A stretch of 64,000 nt of DNA from Octopus sinensis (GCF_006345805.1 NC_043004.1:59210001-59274000), one strand, 5' to 3'; shown: positions 41,068 through 53,903, counted from the first letter of the stretch. Notes: generated from the sequence alone by a model not told the origin. Program-made: numbers and translations.

Positions 41068-41241
41068 CAAACACATATAACATACAGAAAATTGCAATAC
41101 TAGGCACTGCACACATCCTACGCAGAACACTTTCCATACAATAACCATCAGAGCATCACAACAAATCACAGCACATACCCAAAGCACACTGAGTTGCGCT
41201 CGGTAGTGAAGTGAAAGCAGGCTATAAAAATAAAACTACTG
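41068..41241 (+). mobile_element. Young Dong-like family 3' end followed by a (TAA)/(TGA) array
   Basis: Matches 35595-35767. Confidence 0.85.
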
Positions 41242-41248
41242 AATAATA

Positions 41249-41301
<53 letters not shown>

Positions 41302-41306
41302 TAATA

Positions 41307-41430
<124 letters not shown>

Positions 41431-41512
41431 TAATATATAATAATAATAATAATAACAACAACAACAACAACAACAATAATAATAATAATATAATAATAAT
41501 AATAATAATAAT

Positions 41513-41591
<79 letters not shown>

Positions 41592-41714
41592 GACTCTCCC
41601 GTCGCTTTCGGCGTATGAGGATCTTACAACCTACCGTCTCTTTGTCTGGTTACAACAAATTTTCTTATAGCATTTTGACACGTCGATCTCATTATATACA
41701 TACATACATATACT

Positions 41715-41764
<50 letters not shown>

Positions 41765-42149
41765 ATATTATATATATATATATATACAAATATATACAGT
41801 GTGTTTGAGTTAAATTTGACGATTTGTACGATTCTTTTTATTTCAGGAACAGCTTTAAGTATTGGCGAACTGTCGACGACTTCGGAGAGCATAAATCATA
41901 AATTTGTAGCTGATACAAAGTCGGCTGATATGCAAAGCAGGAAATCATCTATATATTGTAAAAGAATGAGCTGTGTCATATTTATTTACCCTGGATATCA
42001 AAATGACAGCATCCCGATCACTACTCAACGATCTACAAACACTCTAAAAGATGTTAGACGTGACATGAGCTGCTGCAACGTAGACTAAGAAGCTGTGGCT
42101 GGGCAGGAAAGGACACGATAGGTATTCTGATTCCGTCCAGATGCTGGTC

Positions 42150-42440
42150 TTCATCCAAACACTAATGATCAGGGACGTAGGCTCAATTCAAATGGTTATG
42201 TGAAGTTGCTTAAGACTGCCGTCAATCCATGGTTCGAGAGGGTTGGCCATGTACGGCTATATTTGGCAGCAATATACAGCTATATGTGCGGCAGCAAGAT
42301 TCAGCTCCTTGCCATATCTCAGGGAAAAGCCAGAAGTGGTTGCTAGAGAATCACCACGATTTTACCAACCCCCATTTGTTCCCCGATTGTAATATCATGG
42401 ATTACTAATACTGGGACGCGATTGAGAATCACACCAGCTG
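42150..42440 (+). mobile_element. Tc1/mariner-superfamily (maT/DD37D-like) transposase remnant
   Basis: RLNSNGYVKLLKTAVNPWF, QQDSAPCHISGKSQKWL, PDCNIMDY resemble the catalytic region. Confidence 0.7.
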
Positions 42441-42754
42441 CTCTCCTTGCAACACCAAGGGCAAGAAGGTGTTCGAAGATATCCCCACAAACACAGTATG
42501 TAATGCATGTGCTACCGAGGCGGTCTTTAGGCCATGGTGGAAGCTAAGGATAGCGACAGTGTAAAGTGTTACCTCCCAGACATAATCTCGTTGATAGTCT
42601 TTCATTTTTAAAAAAATACTTTTATTCTGAGTTGGAATATTGTGTTTTACTTTTACGCAAACTGTCATATCTAGCTCGAACACACACAAGTAAAAACATA
42701 CTTATTCATATTGAGACACACACATTCACGTATCTGTACAAAATTGTAGACTTT

Positions 42755-43400
42755 TTGGCTGCTATTTCTAAAAGTTTCAGTATATGGTAAAGTAAATTAT
42801 TTTACTGAGCCCTAATTATATAACGTAATATTTTGAATATACCTTGAATGGTCCTTTTACATACTGAACACTACTTGGTGAAATTAATTAATAATTAATT
42901 GATTTTACCCTTTTATTATTTATAGTACAGTTCCTTTCTCCCTGTTCTTTACTGCGGTTCTCACCGTAATAATCTGTTTACTCTATAACTCACGTGGGTG
43001 GAAGCGGGAAGAATACGAATCTTCACTCGTACATTTTGAATTTTCTGGCACTGGCATTTTGGAGATGATTTGTCTGAGGTTACTCATATCGGACGGGTAT
43101 GTGCAATTTTTAGTGCTTTCAAATCCAAATTAAGAAATGTTGAGCTGCCGAAAGAAATGTCGAGTTTTAATTCGACTAATCTAGAAACGTTAACGTCCTC
43201 AAATGATCTTTGTACATGCGATATTTTGTTGTTTTCCCCTCCATATCTACGTGAATTATTTTTGAGTAAACACTATCTGGGAGACTTTTCTTATAGTAGA
43301 AGAAATGGCTAAAAAAACTTTTTGGCTGCTATTTCTAAAAGTTTCAGTATGTGGTAAAGTAAATTATTTTACTGAGCCCTAATTATATAACGTAATATAT
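42755..43400 (+). mobile_element. Diverged family H2 element, ~567-bp unit plus repeated start, ending in (TA)n
   Basis: ggctgctatttctaaaagtttcagtat at 42757 and 43324. Confidence 0.8.
43140..43202 (+). ncRNA. Hammerhead motif, diverged H2 variant (core CUGCCGA)
   Basis: ttgag-CTGCCGA-a-aga..gtcga..tcgac..tct-a-GAAA-cgttaacg-TC-ctcaa; palindrome ACGTTAACGT; A6-to-C change may inactivate it. Confidence 0.65.
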
Positions 43401-43417
43401 ATATATATATATATATA

Positions 43418-43476
<59 letters not shown>

Positions 43477-43658
43477 AAAGGGCTTAGTAAAATAAATTAC
43501 TTTGCCGCAGACTGAACTCATTAGAAATAGCAGCTAAAAAACATTTATAAAACTATTTCTAATACTTAAAGAAAACCTCTCTCATATAGTATTTGCTCAA
43601 TTCAACTCACGAAAGTATGGGGGGTAGAGACATTAAAAAATCAAATGCAAAGGTTATT

Positions 43659-43711
43659 TGAGAATGTACGTTTCAAGATTAGTCAAACTCGACATTTCTA
43701 TCATCAGCTCA
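43659..43711 (-). ncRNA. Hammerhead motif H2 with a stem III G-to-A mutation
   Basis: tgag-CTGATGA...GAAA-cgtacA-TT-ctca. Confidence 0.6.
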
Positions 43712-44217
43712 GAACTCCCTGGTTTGGATTTGAAAACACTGAAAGTGGGAGCATACCCCTTCGGCCTCCTATCGCTTCTGAAGATCCGCTCGTAACTAAC
43801 AGTGCCAACAAACTCAAATATGCAAGCGAAGAATTTCTGCTCTCCCCTTTCCACCAGCGTGGGTTAAAATCAGTAAACACTATGCTTTTTTCGGTAAAAT
43901 CCGAAGCATTTAAAGAGAGAGAGATGAATTATAATTTCAACAATTGAGGGTAAAATTAATTAATTAATCAATTTCACCAAGTGTTCAGTATGCAAAGGGA
44001 CCATTTAAGGCGAATTCAAATTATTACATTATATAAAAGGGCTTAGTAAAATAAATTACTTTGCCGCATACTGAACTCATTAGAAATAGCAGCTAAAAAA
44101 CATTTATAAAACTATTTCTAATACTTAAAGAAAACCTCTCTCATATAGTGTTTGCTCAATTCAACTCACGAAAGTATGGGGGGTAGAGACATTAAAAAAT
44201 CAAATGCAAAGGTTATT

Positions 44218-44270
44218 TGAGAACGTACGTTTCAAGATTAGTCAAATTCGACATTTCTATCATCAGCTCA
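44218..44270 (-). ncRNA. Hammerhead motif H2
   Basis: tgag-CTGATGA-t-aga..gtc(gaattt)gac..tct-t-GAAA-cgtacg-TT-ctca. Confidence 0.7.
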
Positions 44271-44750
44271 GAACTCCCTGGTTTGGATTTGAAAACACTG
44301 AAAGTGGGAGCATACCCCTTCGGCCTCCTTTCTTTAAGTATTAGAAATAGTTTTATAAATGTTTTTTAGCTGCTATTTCTAATGAGTTCAGTATACGGCA
44401 AATTAATTTATTTTACTAAGCCCTTTTATATAATGTAATAATTTGAATTCGCCTTAAATGGTCCCTTTGCATACTGAACACTTGGTGAAATTGATTAATT
44501 AATTAATTTTACCCTCAATTGTTGAAATTATAATTCATCTCTCTCTATTTAAATGCCTCGGATTTTACCGAAAAAAGCATAGTGTTTACTGATTTTAACC
44601 CACGCTGGTGGAAAGGGGAGAGCAGAAATTCTTCGCTTGCATATTTGAGTTTGTTGGCACTGTTAGTTACGAGCGGATCTTCAGAAGCGATAGGAGGCCG
44701 AAGGGGTATGCTCCCACTTTCAGTGTTTTCAAATCCAAACCAGGGAGTTC

Positions 44751-44803
44751 TGAGCTGATGATAGAAATGTCGAGTTTGACTAATCTTGAAACGTACGTTC
44801 TCA
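44751..44803 (+). ncRNA. Hammerhead motif H2
   Basis: tgag-CTGATGA-t-aga..gtc(gagttt)gac..tct-t-GAAA-cgtacg-TT-ctca. Confidence 0.7.
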
Positions 44804-45083
44804 AATAACCTTTGCATTTGATTTTTTAATGTCTCTACCCCCCATACTTTCGTGAGTTGAATTGAGCAAATACTATATGAGAGAGGTTTTCTTTAAGTAT
44901 TAGAAATAGTTTTATAAATGTTTTTTAGCTGCTATTTCTAATGAGTTCAGTATGCGGCAAAGTAATTTATTTTACTAAGCCCTTTTATATAATGTAATAA
45001 TTTGAATTCGCCTTAAATGGTCCCTTTGCATACTGAACACTTGGTGAAATTGATTAATTAATTAATTTTACCCTCAATTGTTG

Positions 45084-45116
<33 letters not shown>

Positions 45117-45120
<4 letters not shown>

Positions 45121-45305
45121 GCAGCGTGGAAGGTGTTTATAAGCCATTTAAGAAACACACAAAAGCCGTTCGATTCACTTCAACATTTAAGTTTAATTTT
45201 TCAAAATATTTTCGTCGCTAAAATCCGCGACTTAAATGTTGAAGTGATTCGAACGGCTTTTGTGTGTTTCTTAAATGGCTTATAAACACCTTCCACGCTG
45301 CAATT
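45117..45305. repeat. 75-bp inverted repeat (one mismatch) with a 39-bp spacer
   Basis: 45117-45191 pairs with 45231-45305. Confidence 0.92.
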
Positions 45306-45362
45306 GTTTTCGTTTCAGCACACGATCTCAGATCAAATTACTTGCTATGCGAGTACATCTCC

Positions 45363-45518
<156 letters not shown>

Positions 45519-45634
45519 TTATTTACATATATATTCATACATATACGCACATATGAACCCACACAAACACAAATACATATAGATATATACATACATTTCT
45601 GTATAAATATATATACGTGTATATATATATATAT

Positions 45635-46053
45635 ACTCTTTTACTCTTTTACTCTTTTACTTGTTTCAGTCATTTGACTGCGGCCATGCTGGAGCACCAC
45701 CTTTTTAGTCGAGCAAATCGATCCCAGGACTTATTCTTTGTAAGCCCAGTACTTATTATATCGGTCTCTTTTGCCGAACCGCTAAGTGACAGGGACGTAA
45801 ACACACCAGCATCGGTTGTCAAGCAATGCTAGGGGGACAAACACACAAACACATACACACATACATATATATATATATATATACATATATACGACAGGCT
45901 TCTTTCAGTTTCCGTCTACCAAATCCACTCACAAGGCATTGGTCGGCCCGGGGCTATAGCAGAAGACACTTGCCCAAGATGCCACGCAATGGGACTGAAC
46001 CTGAAACCCTGTGGTTGGTAAGCAAGCTACTTACCACACAGCCACTCCTGCGC

Positions 46054-46055
<2 letters not shown>
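45635..46055 (-). mobile_element. SINE family A
   Basis: Full reverse copy. Confidence 0.85.
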
Positions 46056-46101
<46 letters not shown>

Positions 46102-46720
46102 CGCAAACAACGAAGAAGACATAAGAAAAAACAACAACGCTCGGACGTGGTACATGCAAAGTATAACATGCTCAGTGAAGGAAAGAAAGGTGGTTTTACG
46201 CTCTTCGTCAGAAACAAAGGAAAAGTCAAAGAGAAAAAAACGGAGGAAAACGTCACCAGCGATTCACATGTGGTTCCATACTATATATATACATATTCAC
46301 ATGTGGACATAAATATATAAATATAGTGAATTAAATTTCAGCGTAAAAATGTTGTAGAATATTACGCAAAACGAAACCTGTATTGATATAGGCAATAATA
46401 CTTAGTGTATAGTTTGGTAAGAAGCATGAATGTGTGTATGTATATACTCATAAAACAAAGCACACTACATTGTGAATGGCTGTATAGAAAGAGTAATCGG
46501 GACGGGTAAGGATATTTAGCAATAAATTAATCTTAACTAGAGGCTCGTTCGAGTCTACAATCGGGTCAGTTGTTTTGTTGTGAGGGACAGAAGGTGATGT
46601 AGATCCTCAAAAGAAACAAGGGAACGGCTGTTAAGCTCTGGAATGGTCAGTCGCCGCCTCCTTATCATTTTATTATCTCTTATTGCTTTAATGTATACTT
46701 TAATTTATTCTGCAGTCTTA

Positions 46721-47304
46721 TTTCTTTACTACCCGCAAGGAGCTACACACGGAGGGGACAAACAAGGACAGAGAAATGGATTAAGTTGATTATATCGACT
46801 CCAGTGCGTAACTAGTAATTATTTAATCGACCCCGAAAGGATGAAAGGCAAAGTCGACCTCGGCAGAATTTGAACTCAGAACGTAGCGGCAGACGAAATA
46901 CCTATTTCTTTACTTCCCACAAGGAGTACACACAGAGGAGACAAACAAGGACAGACAAATGGATCAAGTCGATATTATCGACCCCAGTGCGTAACTGGTA
47001 TTTATTTAATCGACTCCGAAAGGATGAAAGGCAAAGTCGACCTCGGCGGAATTTGAACTCAGAACGTAGCGGCCGACGAAATATATATTTCTTTACTACC
47101 CACAAGGGGCTAAACACAGCGAGACAAACAAGGGCAAACAAAGGGATTGAGTCGATTGTATCGACCCCAGTACGTATCTAGTACTTAATTTATCGACCTC
47201 GAAAGGATAAAAGGCATAGTCGACCTCGGCAGAATTTGAACTCAGACGAAATACTGCTGACCATTTCGCCCGGCGTGCTAACTTTTCTGCCCGCTCACCG
47301 CCTT
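46721..47304 (-). mobile_element. SINE family C, head-to-tail trimer of ~180-bp units
   Basis: tttctttact.ccc.caagg starts at about 46721, 46905 and 47090; a single A-box head lies near 47300. Confidence 0.85.
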
Positions 47305-48023
47305 AAATTCTTTTATTCTGCACTCTTTTTAGAACCTTCTTCCTGATAGTCTAACCAATTAGATAAAATGAGAATTTACAGTCAACCAGGCCATAGTTTT
47401 GCGAACCTTAGCACTTGTTTACTTTAAACCTGTTACTTATTCTATAGGGCTTTGTTTCTGAAATACTAGGTTAAGAGCACTTAAACATCAAGACCGCTTG
47501 TTAAGCGGTGGTGGGCACGAACACAAATACAAACCACCCACGTATATGTGTGTGTCTGTGCGTACCTATATATCTAGCTATCTATCTATACATACATACA
47601 TACATGTATGTATGTATACTCTTACTCTTTTACTCTTTTACTTGTTTCAGTCATTTGACTGCGGCCATGTCGAAACTGTGCTGCAAAAAAAGGTAGATGG
47701 GCTTAGCATGTAGGACATGTTAAGTATATCTAACTTGTAAATGTTGGAGTCTCAAATAGCTCATATATAGCAGTGGGGATTATTAGAATGTTGAGAAAGG
47801 TGAGGATACGGGTCGACTTTGAACATTCCTAAAGATGAAGAAGCATATGTAGAGCGTTACCCACTTGGTAGTTTGATGAGTTGTTAAAGGAACTTCCTTT
47901 CATGGGGACATGAGGAAATGAACTTAATTTGGAATTTACTAGCCCAAATGTTTGAGTGGGTCTGTTAAATTTTTCTGCTAAGCAGATGTAGTACTTTTTA
48001 GTGTTAATATGAGCTAATGGTGG

Positions 48024-48071
<48 letters not shown>

Positions 48072-48257
48072 AATATATATATGTATGTATATGTATATAT
48101 ATATATATATATATCTATATATATATATATGTATGTATATGTATATATATTATATATATTTATATATATATATATAAATATATATATATGTATGTATATG
48201 TATATATATATATATTATATATATTTATATATATATATAAATATATATATATCTATG

Positions 48258-48308
<51 letters not shown>

Positions 48309-48337
48309 TTATATATATATATAAATATATATATGTC

Positions 48338-48382
<45 letters not shown>

Positions 48383-50619
48383 GCATGTATATAAATATGT
48401 AATATATATATATATATATGATTATTCTCAAATCACTATATCTTAAACCCCATGCATCCTGATCACACGCATGCATTCTGTTATCCAAACGTTACATAGA
48501 CATGCACATATAAGAGCATGGATATATTCTAATCATATAATATCCTCTCTTGATACACCGAATTTAGGTCTTTGTTCGTGATGCTCTGAAATCGAAACCC
48601 ATTATATTGTAACTATTTACAGAAGCATATGTTAAACCTCGATAATTCGCTTCTGCTATTTCGATAATTCTCCTATCTTGACGTTCGTTCACCTTTCTCT
48701 CGAGTTACCATGGTGATATGATGGCGTTTTCTTGTAATCAATTGATTTTCACATTTATTTGCAACGGATTTATTTTGAGTCGAAATGGTAGCGATGTTAA
48801 TATATATATATGATAACGCTGCTTATATTAATGGTGGATTTTGTTCAGGAACAAAGACAAAATAAAAAAAAATGAAATAAGAAGCATACTATATGTTATA
48901 ACTAAGACTAGGGAAAAACGCGCACTACCAAAAGAGAAAAGAAAAGAAATGTTGAAGCAGATTAACCAGGATGACTGCAAATGAAGGATGTAACTGGGAA
49001 AAAGAGGAACTGTTTAATATTATGATTAAATAAAATCTGAATCATACTGTTACTATTAGATATTGCAAAGATGAAAGTAAGAGAGTTTTTAATATAGAAA
49101 AAAGGCGAACAAATACAAATATAAAAAAGAAAAAATATATAGAAACGTCGGTGAAGAAGAATTGAGTGACAAATGAAATATAAATATACTAAAATGAAAA
49201 AACCACCAAATTGTGCTTCAAGTATTGAAAATGTAATAATGGAAATGAAAATTATATATATATATATATATAGATAGATAGATGCGCACACACACATATA
49301 TATGTGTATATACATATATATATAAAGATACATACACACACACACAAACACACACATATATATATATATATATATACATATATGCATGTTCATGTAGACA
49401 TATCTTAATGTATATGTATATATATATGTGTAATATTTATATATAAATATGTGCATATATATGTATGTATATACACATATTTATACACATATAATATATA
49501 TCCATCTTATATCAATAATTTAGTACCAACTTTCTGATAAAGTGAACTCGTTGACGAAGTTGTCACGTACACACACACACACATACACACATACACCCAC
49601 CTATGTATACCCATACATATGTGTATGTGGTGTCTTTGTGTTACATCATATACATATTGCGGGAGTCATTACATCCGAGTGATGCGATACACGACTATAG
49701 AAAATATATTCAATACTTCTGGCATTAGAGAATATTTTTTACGTTGAGATCTCTCCAAATAGTGGGATATACATTTTCTTGATTCGCTGAAGTACATTTA
49801 AATGTAATTTCTAAAGAATAAAAGATATTTTTTGCGCCGATTTGAGTTAGCACTTCAGATTTCTATACTCACACATATATCCTATCCCAGAAGCATGTTT
49901 TAGAAAAAAATATTTGGGTCACAAGTATCTACAGCTGTCGGTTGCTAAATTTTAACACTTTTTTACAAAACTCCTCGTATATAGTAGATCCTACGAAATA
50001 TGTATTAGGTATTCGAAACAGTAAGAGTTCTATAGGAAACGATGAAGGATTTTTTTTCTATTCTTGAAAATGTAAGAAAAATTAACTACTGAGATGTAAT
50101 TTTCTTTGATGGAATCTGAAATCGTATACTCCATCCACAGAAACATGCATTCATACACATGGACGCACTCATAAATCATATATATATGCAGGCAGTCGCA
50201 TACATAGATATATACATATGCGTATATGGGTGTTTATAAATATATGCGTGTGATGTCCATGTATATACATATATATAGGAAAATAGGACAAGGTATAATA
50301 ATTTTATCACAGAGGACATTTTAGTAACTGGGCATTATTCTTCAACGGCTACTGCTGCTTAGACAATCAAAATCCAGAACTAACACACCTCATATTAAAT
50401 AAAATCAACAAATTTCACCTAGTAGTATTTCGGTATGGAAAAAGACTATATTCGGTAAAAATTCGGTAAAAATAATATATATATATATATATATATAACA
50501 ATTTAGGAGTGACCCTTAACAGGCCATTCGTCCACCAGAAGAGCAGCCATAACTCACACCGCCAAGTAGTAGTAATTCAGAAATTAGGTGAAAATTAAAA
50601 AAACTTTACCCTAATTCAA

Positions 50620-50719
50620 CTTTTAGACGATGCATCGTTTCTGTGTTATTAATGATTAAATTAGCTTAATTAAATTAAATTAAGCCAATCTACCATAGGT
50701 CACACTTCATCAGTAAAAA
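50620..50719 (-). ncRNA. Hammerhead motif H4 (inverted copy)
   Basis: Reverse complement of 51164-51263. Confidence 0.7.
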
Positions 50720-51163
50720 ACCTGGGAGAGACAAATATACACGAGGCGTCTGTATCGATGCCTCCGGAATATCTGTCTTAAAATTTTCAAGACCGACGTA
50801 TTCGCGCCAAACTTATCAGCAGTAAATATAAACTGCCGATTCAATCTCAGAATTATTCAGAAATGCTCTTTCTGGTGGACGAATGGCCTGTTAAGGGTCA
50901 CTCCTAAATTGTTATATTTATATATTTAGTCTTTGACTATTTTCTCTTTTCCACTAGGCCGCTGGTAGCGATAAATTTCTATTGAATTTTTTGCTACCCT
51001 AAATTGACTAATTGATAATTTTCTGAATAATTCTGAGATTGAATCGGCAGTTTATATTTACTGCTGATAAGTTTGGCGCGAATACGTCGGTCTTGAAAAT
51101 TTTAAGACAGATATTCCGGAGGCATCGATACAGACGCCTCGTGTATATTTGTCTCTCCCAGGT

Positions 51164-51263
51164 TTTTTACTGATGAAGTGTGACCTATGGTAGATTGGCT
51201 TAATTTAATTTAATTAAGCTAATTTAATCATTAATAACACAGAAACGATGCATCGTCTAAAAG
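51164..51263 (+). ncRNA. Type I hammerhead motif H4 with a 65-nt branched stem II
   Basis: ttttta-CTGATGA-a-gtgt...acac-a-GAAA-cgatgcatcg-TC-taaaag; palindrome ACGATGCATCGT; GUC triplet. Confidence 0.72.
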
Positions 51264-51596
51264 TTGAATTAGGGTAAATGTTTTTAAATTTTCACCTAAT
51301 TTCTGAATTACTACTACTTGGCGGTGTGAGTTATGGCTGCTCTTTCTGGTGGACGAATGGCCTGTTAAGGGTCACTCCTAAATTGTTATATTTATATATT
51401 TAGTCTTTGACTATTTTCTCTTTTCCACTAGGCCGCTGGTAGCGATAAATTTCTATTGAATTTTTTGCTACCCTAAATTGACTAATATATATATATATAT
51501 ATATATAGATATATATTAACTTCTCTGTCAGTATATTGGTATATAGGGTATTTTTCGATGTCATTATTATTATTGTTATTATTATTATTATTATTA

Positions 51597-51646
<50 letters not shown>

Positions 51647-51747
51647 CAGGTGACTGCCTGGAACCTAACTCGGAATCTTGGGGTAATTAGCTCGTGTTCC
51701 ACTAAGCCATATGCCGTGGAAAAATACCTTCGGATTGAGAACCCAGG

Positions 51748-51794
<47 letters not shown>

Positions 51795-51820
51795 ATAATA
51801 ATAATAATAATAATAAAAAT

Positions 51821-51985
51821 AACATCGAAAAATACCTTAGGAATGGGAACCCAGGTTCAAAATTTCTCCAAGATACCTGATGAAGGCTGGAGGGTATAAC
51901 AACAAACAAGATGATGACAAATATCCGTCAAATGTAAATAATGTAAATAATGTACATAATTACTCATCTCTAAAATATAGAACTG
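51821..51985 (+). mobile_element. Second family H3 copy with the hammerhead 3' half deleted
   Basis: CTGATGAaggctggag at 51877; tcagccgaaacgttgtgtg is missing. Confidence 0.7.
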
Positions 51986-52132
51986 TGTAACTTAGCGGTT
52001 TAGCAAAAGCGCAAATGAAATAAACACCTAGTATTGGGGTTAATTTGTTCGGTAAAACCCTTCAAGGCTGTGCCCCAGCATGGCCACACTGTAACAAGTA
52101 AAAGATAAACGATAAAATAATATATATTAGTA

Positions 52133-52345
52133 CAAAGGTGGCGAGCTGACAGAAATATGAGCCCACTCGGTGAAATGTTTAGCGGTATTTCATCTGTCTT
52201 TACGTTCTGAATTCAAATTCCGCTGAGGTCGATTTTGCCTTTCATTCTTTCGGGGTCGATAAATTAAAAAGCAGTAGAGTACTGAGGTCGATCTAATCGA
52301 CTGCAACCCCTGACCAAATTTCGGGCTTTGTGTCTAGAGTAGAAA
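52133..52345 (+). mobile_element. SINE family C
   Basis: aaggtggcgagctg.cagaa...gttctgaattcaaattcc...gcctttcattctttcggggtcgataaatt. Confidence 0.8.
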
Positions 52346-52675
52346 AAAAAAATATATATTCAAGCAAAATTGAAAATGCTTTAACCAAATTCAATGTACG
52401 TTTTGTTGCAGGGTTAATGGGTCATAATGCACTCCTTCGTATGAAACATCTGCAGGAAAATTATATTCTATAAGGATGGTATTTCGAAAAATATTATTTA
52501 TCCTTGACGGATGAATTTGTTTTTGAGAAAGGGAAACAAGACTATAACATAGATAACGTTATTAAGTTGTATATGCCCACGCACGAATTTGGAAATGAAA
52601 GAAATCCTGATTGATGCATGAAAATTAGTGTACGATGTTTACCGTGTAGCATATACGGAAGTTTACGCCTGATAC

Positions 52676-52745
<70 letters not shown>

Positions 52746-53441
52746 GGAGAAATACATTGCAGTACATGGTACAAGGGAATTAAAATAGCAGGACCAGAGG
52801 TTGTGGTACAGAAGTTGATTATTGGCGTGTCATCCACTTTGCGGCACAGCATTTACATTGGTAGGCGCGGGGATGACTAGCAAGAGCATTTGGATAAAGG
52901 GATTAGTGCTGATTCAAGATATCGTGACCTCGAAATCTATTGGGGATCCCCGCACTCATGTAGTGTTATCAGCAGAAGCAAGGTGATCAGAAGTGAGGTT
53001 CAAGCAAAAGAGTTAGTTGCTACACATGCAGTAGAAGATTTCGCCTGATGACCTCCTATCGTAAGAGGGAAAAGATAAACAGTAAATGAGTGTTTAGTTG
53101 GCATTGTATACATTTGTGTGTGTATAAACATACACACACACACAAACACATACACACACACACACATAGGTTATGAGAGGTAATGGTGTCATTGAGATCC
53201 AAAGATGTCAGGTAATGCTGAATAAGTGCTATAGATAGACCAGAGTAAAGTTCCAGGTTTGGTGATTATGCGAATAAGGAGTTCAATGTTGGTCATATGT
53301 CAGCGTGTGTATATAAAAAATTTATATCGTAATGAGATAAAAAACACCAAGGCTGTGTAGATTTTAGAAAATTTATAGATAGAAAGTTTATATATATATA
53401 TATTCACACACAAACATACGTACATATGTTTGTGGATGTAC

Positions 53442-53533
<92 letters not shown>

Positions 53534-53601
53534 ATATATAATCATGTGCATGTATATTCATTTATACACGTGTATGATTTTATAGAATATTTGTATATGA
53601 T

Positions 53602-53633
<32 letters not shown>

Positions 53634-53635
<2 letters not shown>

Positions 53636-53900
53636 CTGTTCCTTCTCGAGCCATGCCTGGCTCATTAGGGCCGGTTTCGCAGTTACCTTGGTCCGTCGCA
53701 GGTGAGATGCAAGATGCAGGAGGAAAGAGTGAGAGAAAGTAGTGGTAAAAGAGTCAGCAGAAGTTCGCCATTACCTTCAGCTGGAGCCGCATGGAGCTTA
53801 GGTGTTTCGCTCACAAACACACACATCGCCCAGTCTGAGATTCGAACCGGTGATCTCTCGACCGCGTGTCCGCTGCTCTAACCACAAGTCCATGTGCATC

Positions 53901-53903
<3 letters not shown>
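53634..53903 (-). mobile_element. SINE family B (tail type 1)
   Basis: Reverse homolog of 6012-6302. Confidence 0.75.

Larger units (their letters stand above)
43472..45090. mobile_element. Young family H2 element: 1.5 reverse units plus 1.35 forward units of a 559-bp repeat, between (TA)n arrays
   Basis: Period 559 (43480/44039; 44330/44889); inverted arms 43472-44132 and 44330-44991. Confidence 0.9.
50493..51485. mobile_element. 474-bp-unit hammerhead element (family H4): inverted copy plus 1.3 forward units, between (TA)n arrays
   Basis: Arms 50493-50863 and 51020-51391; spacer 50864-51019 repeats from 51338. Confidence 0.9.

Noticed and set aside
41830-42088. Host exon after the strong acceptor ttctttttatttcag at 41846
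   Set aside because: No recognisable protein and no supporting partner exons; adjacent to a transposase remnant.
43645-44817. Mirror-image 100-aa and 90-aa ORFs as a duplicated gene
   Set aside because: They are the same inverted-repeat sequence; the frame is not kept in the diverged copies at 17155 and 42755.
46721-47304. CRISPR-like array (also the 13-bp agattattacaac repeats at about 29187-29227)
   Set aside because: Whole units repeat with no unique spacers; eukaryotic context and no cas genes.
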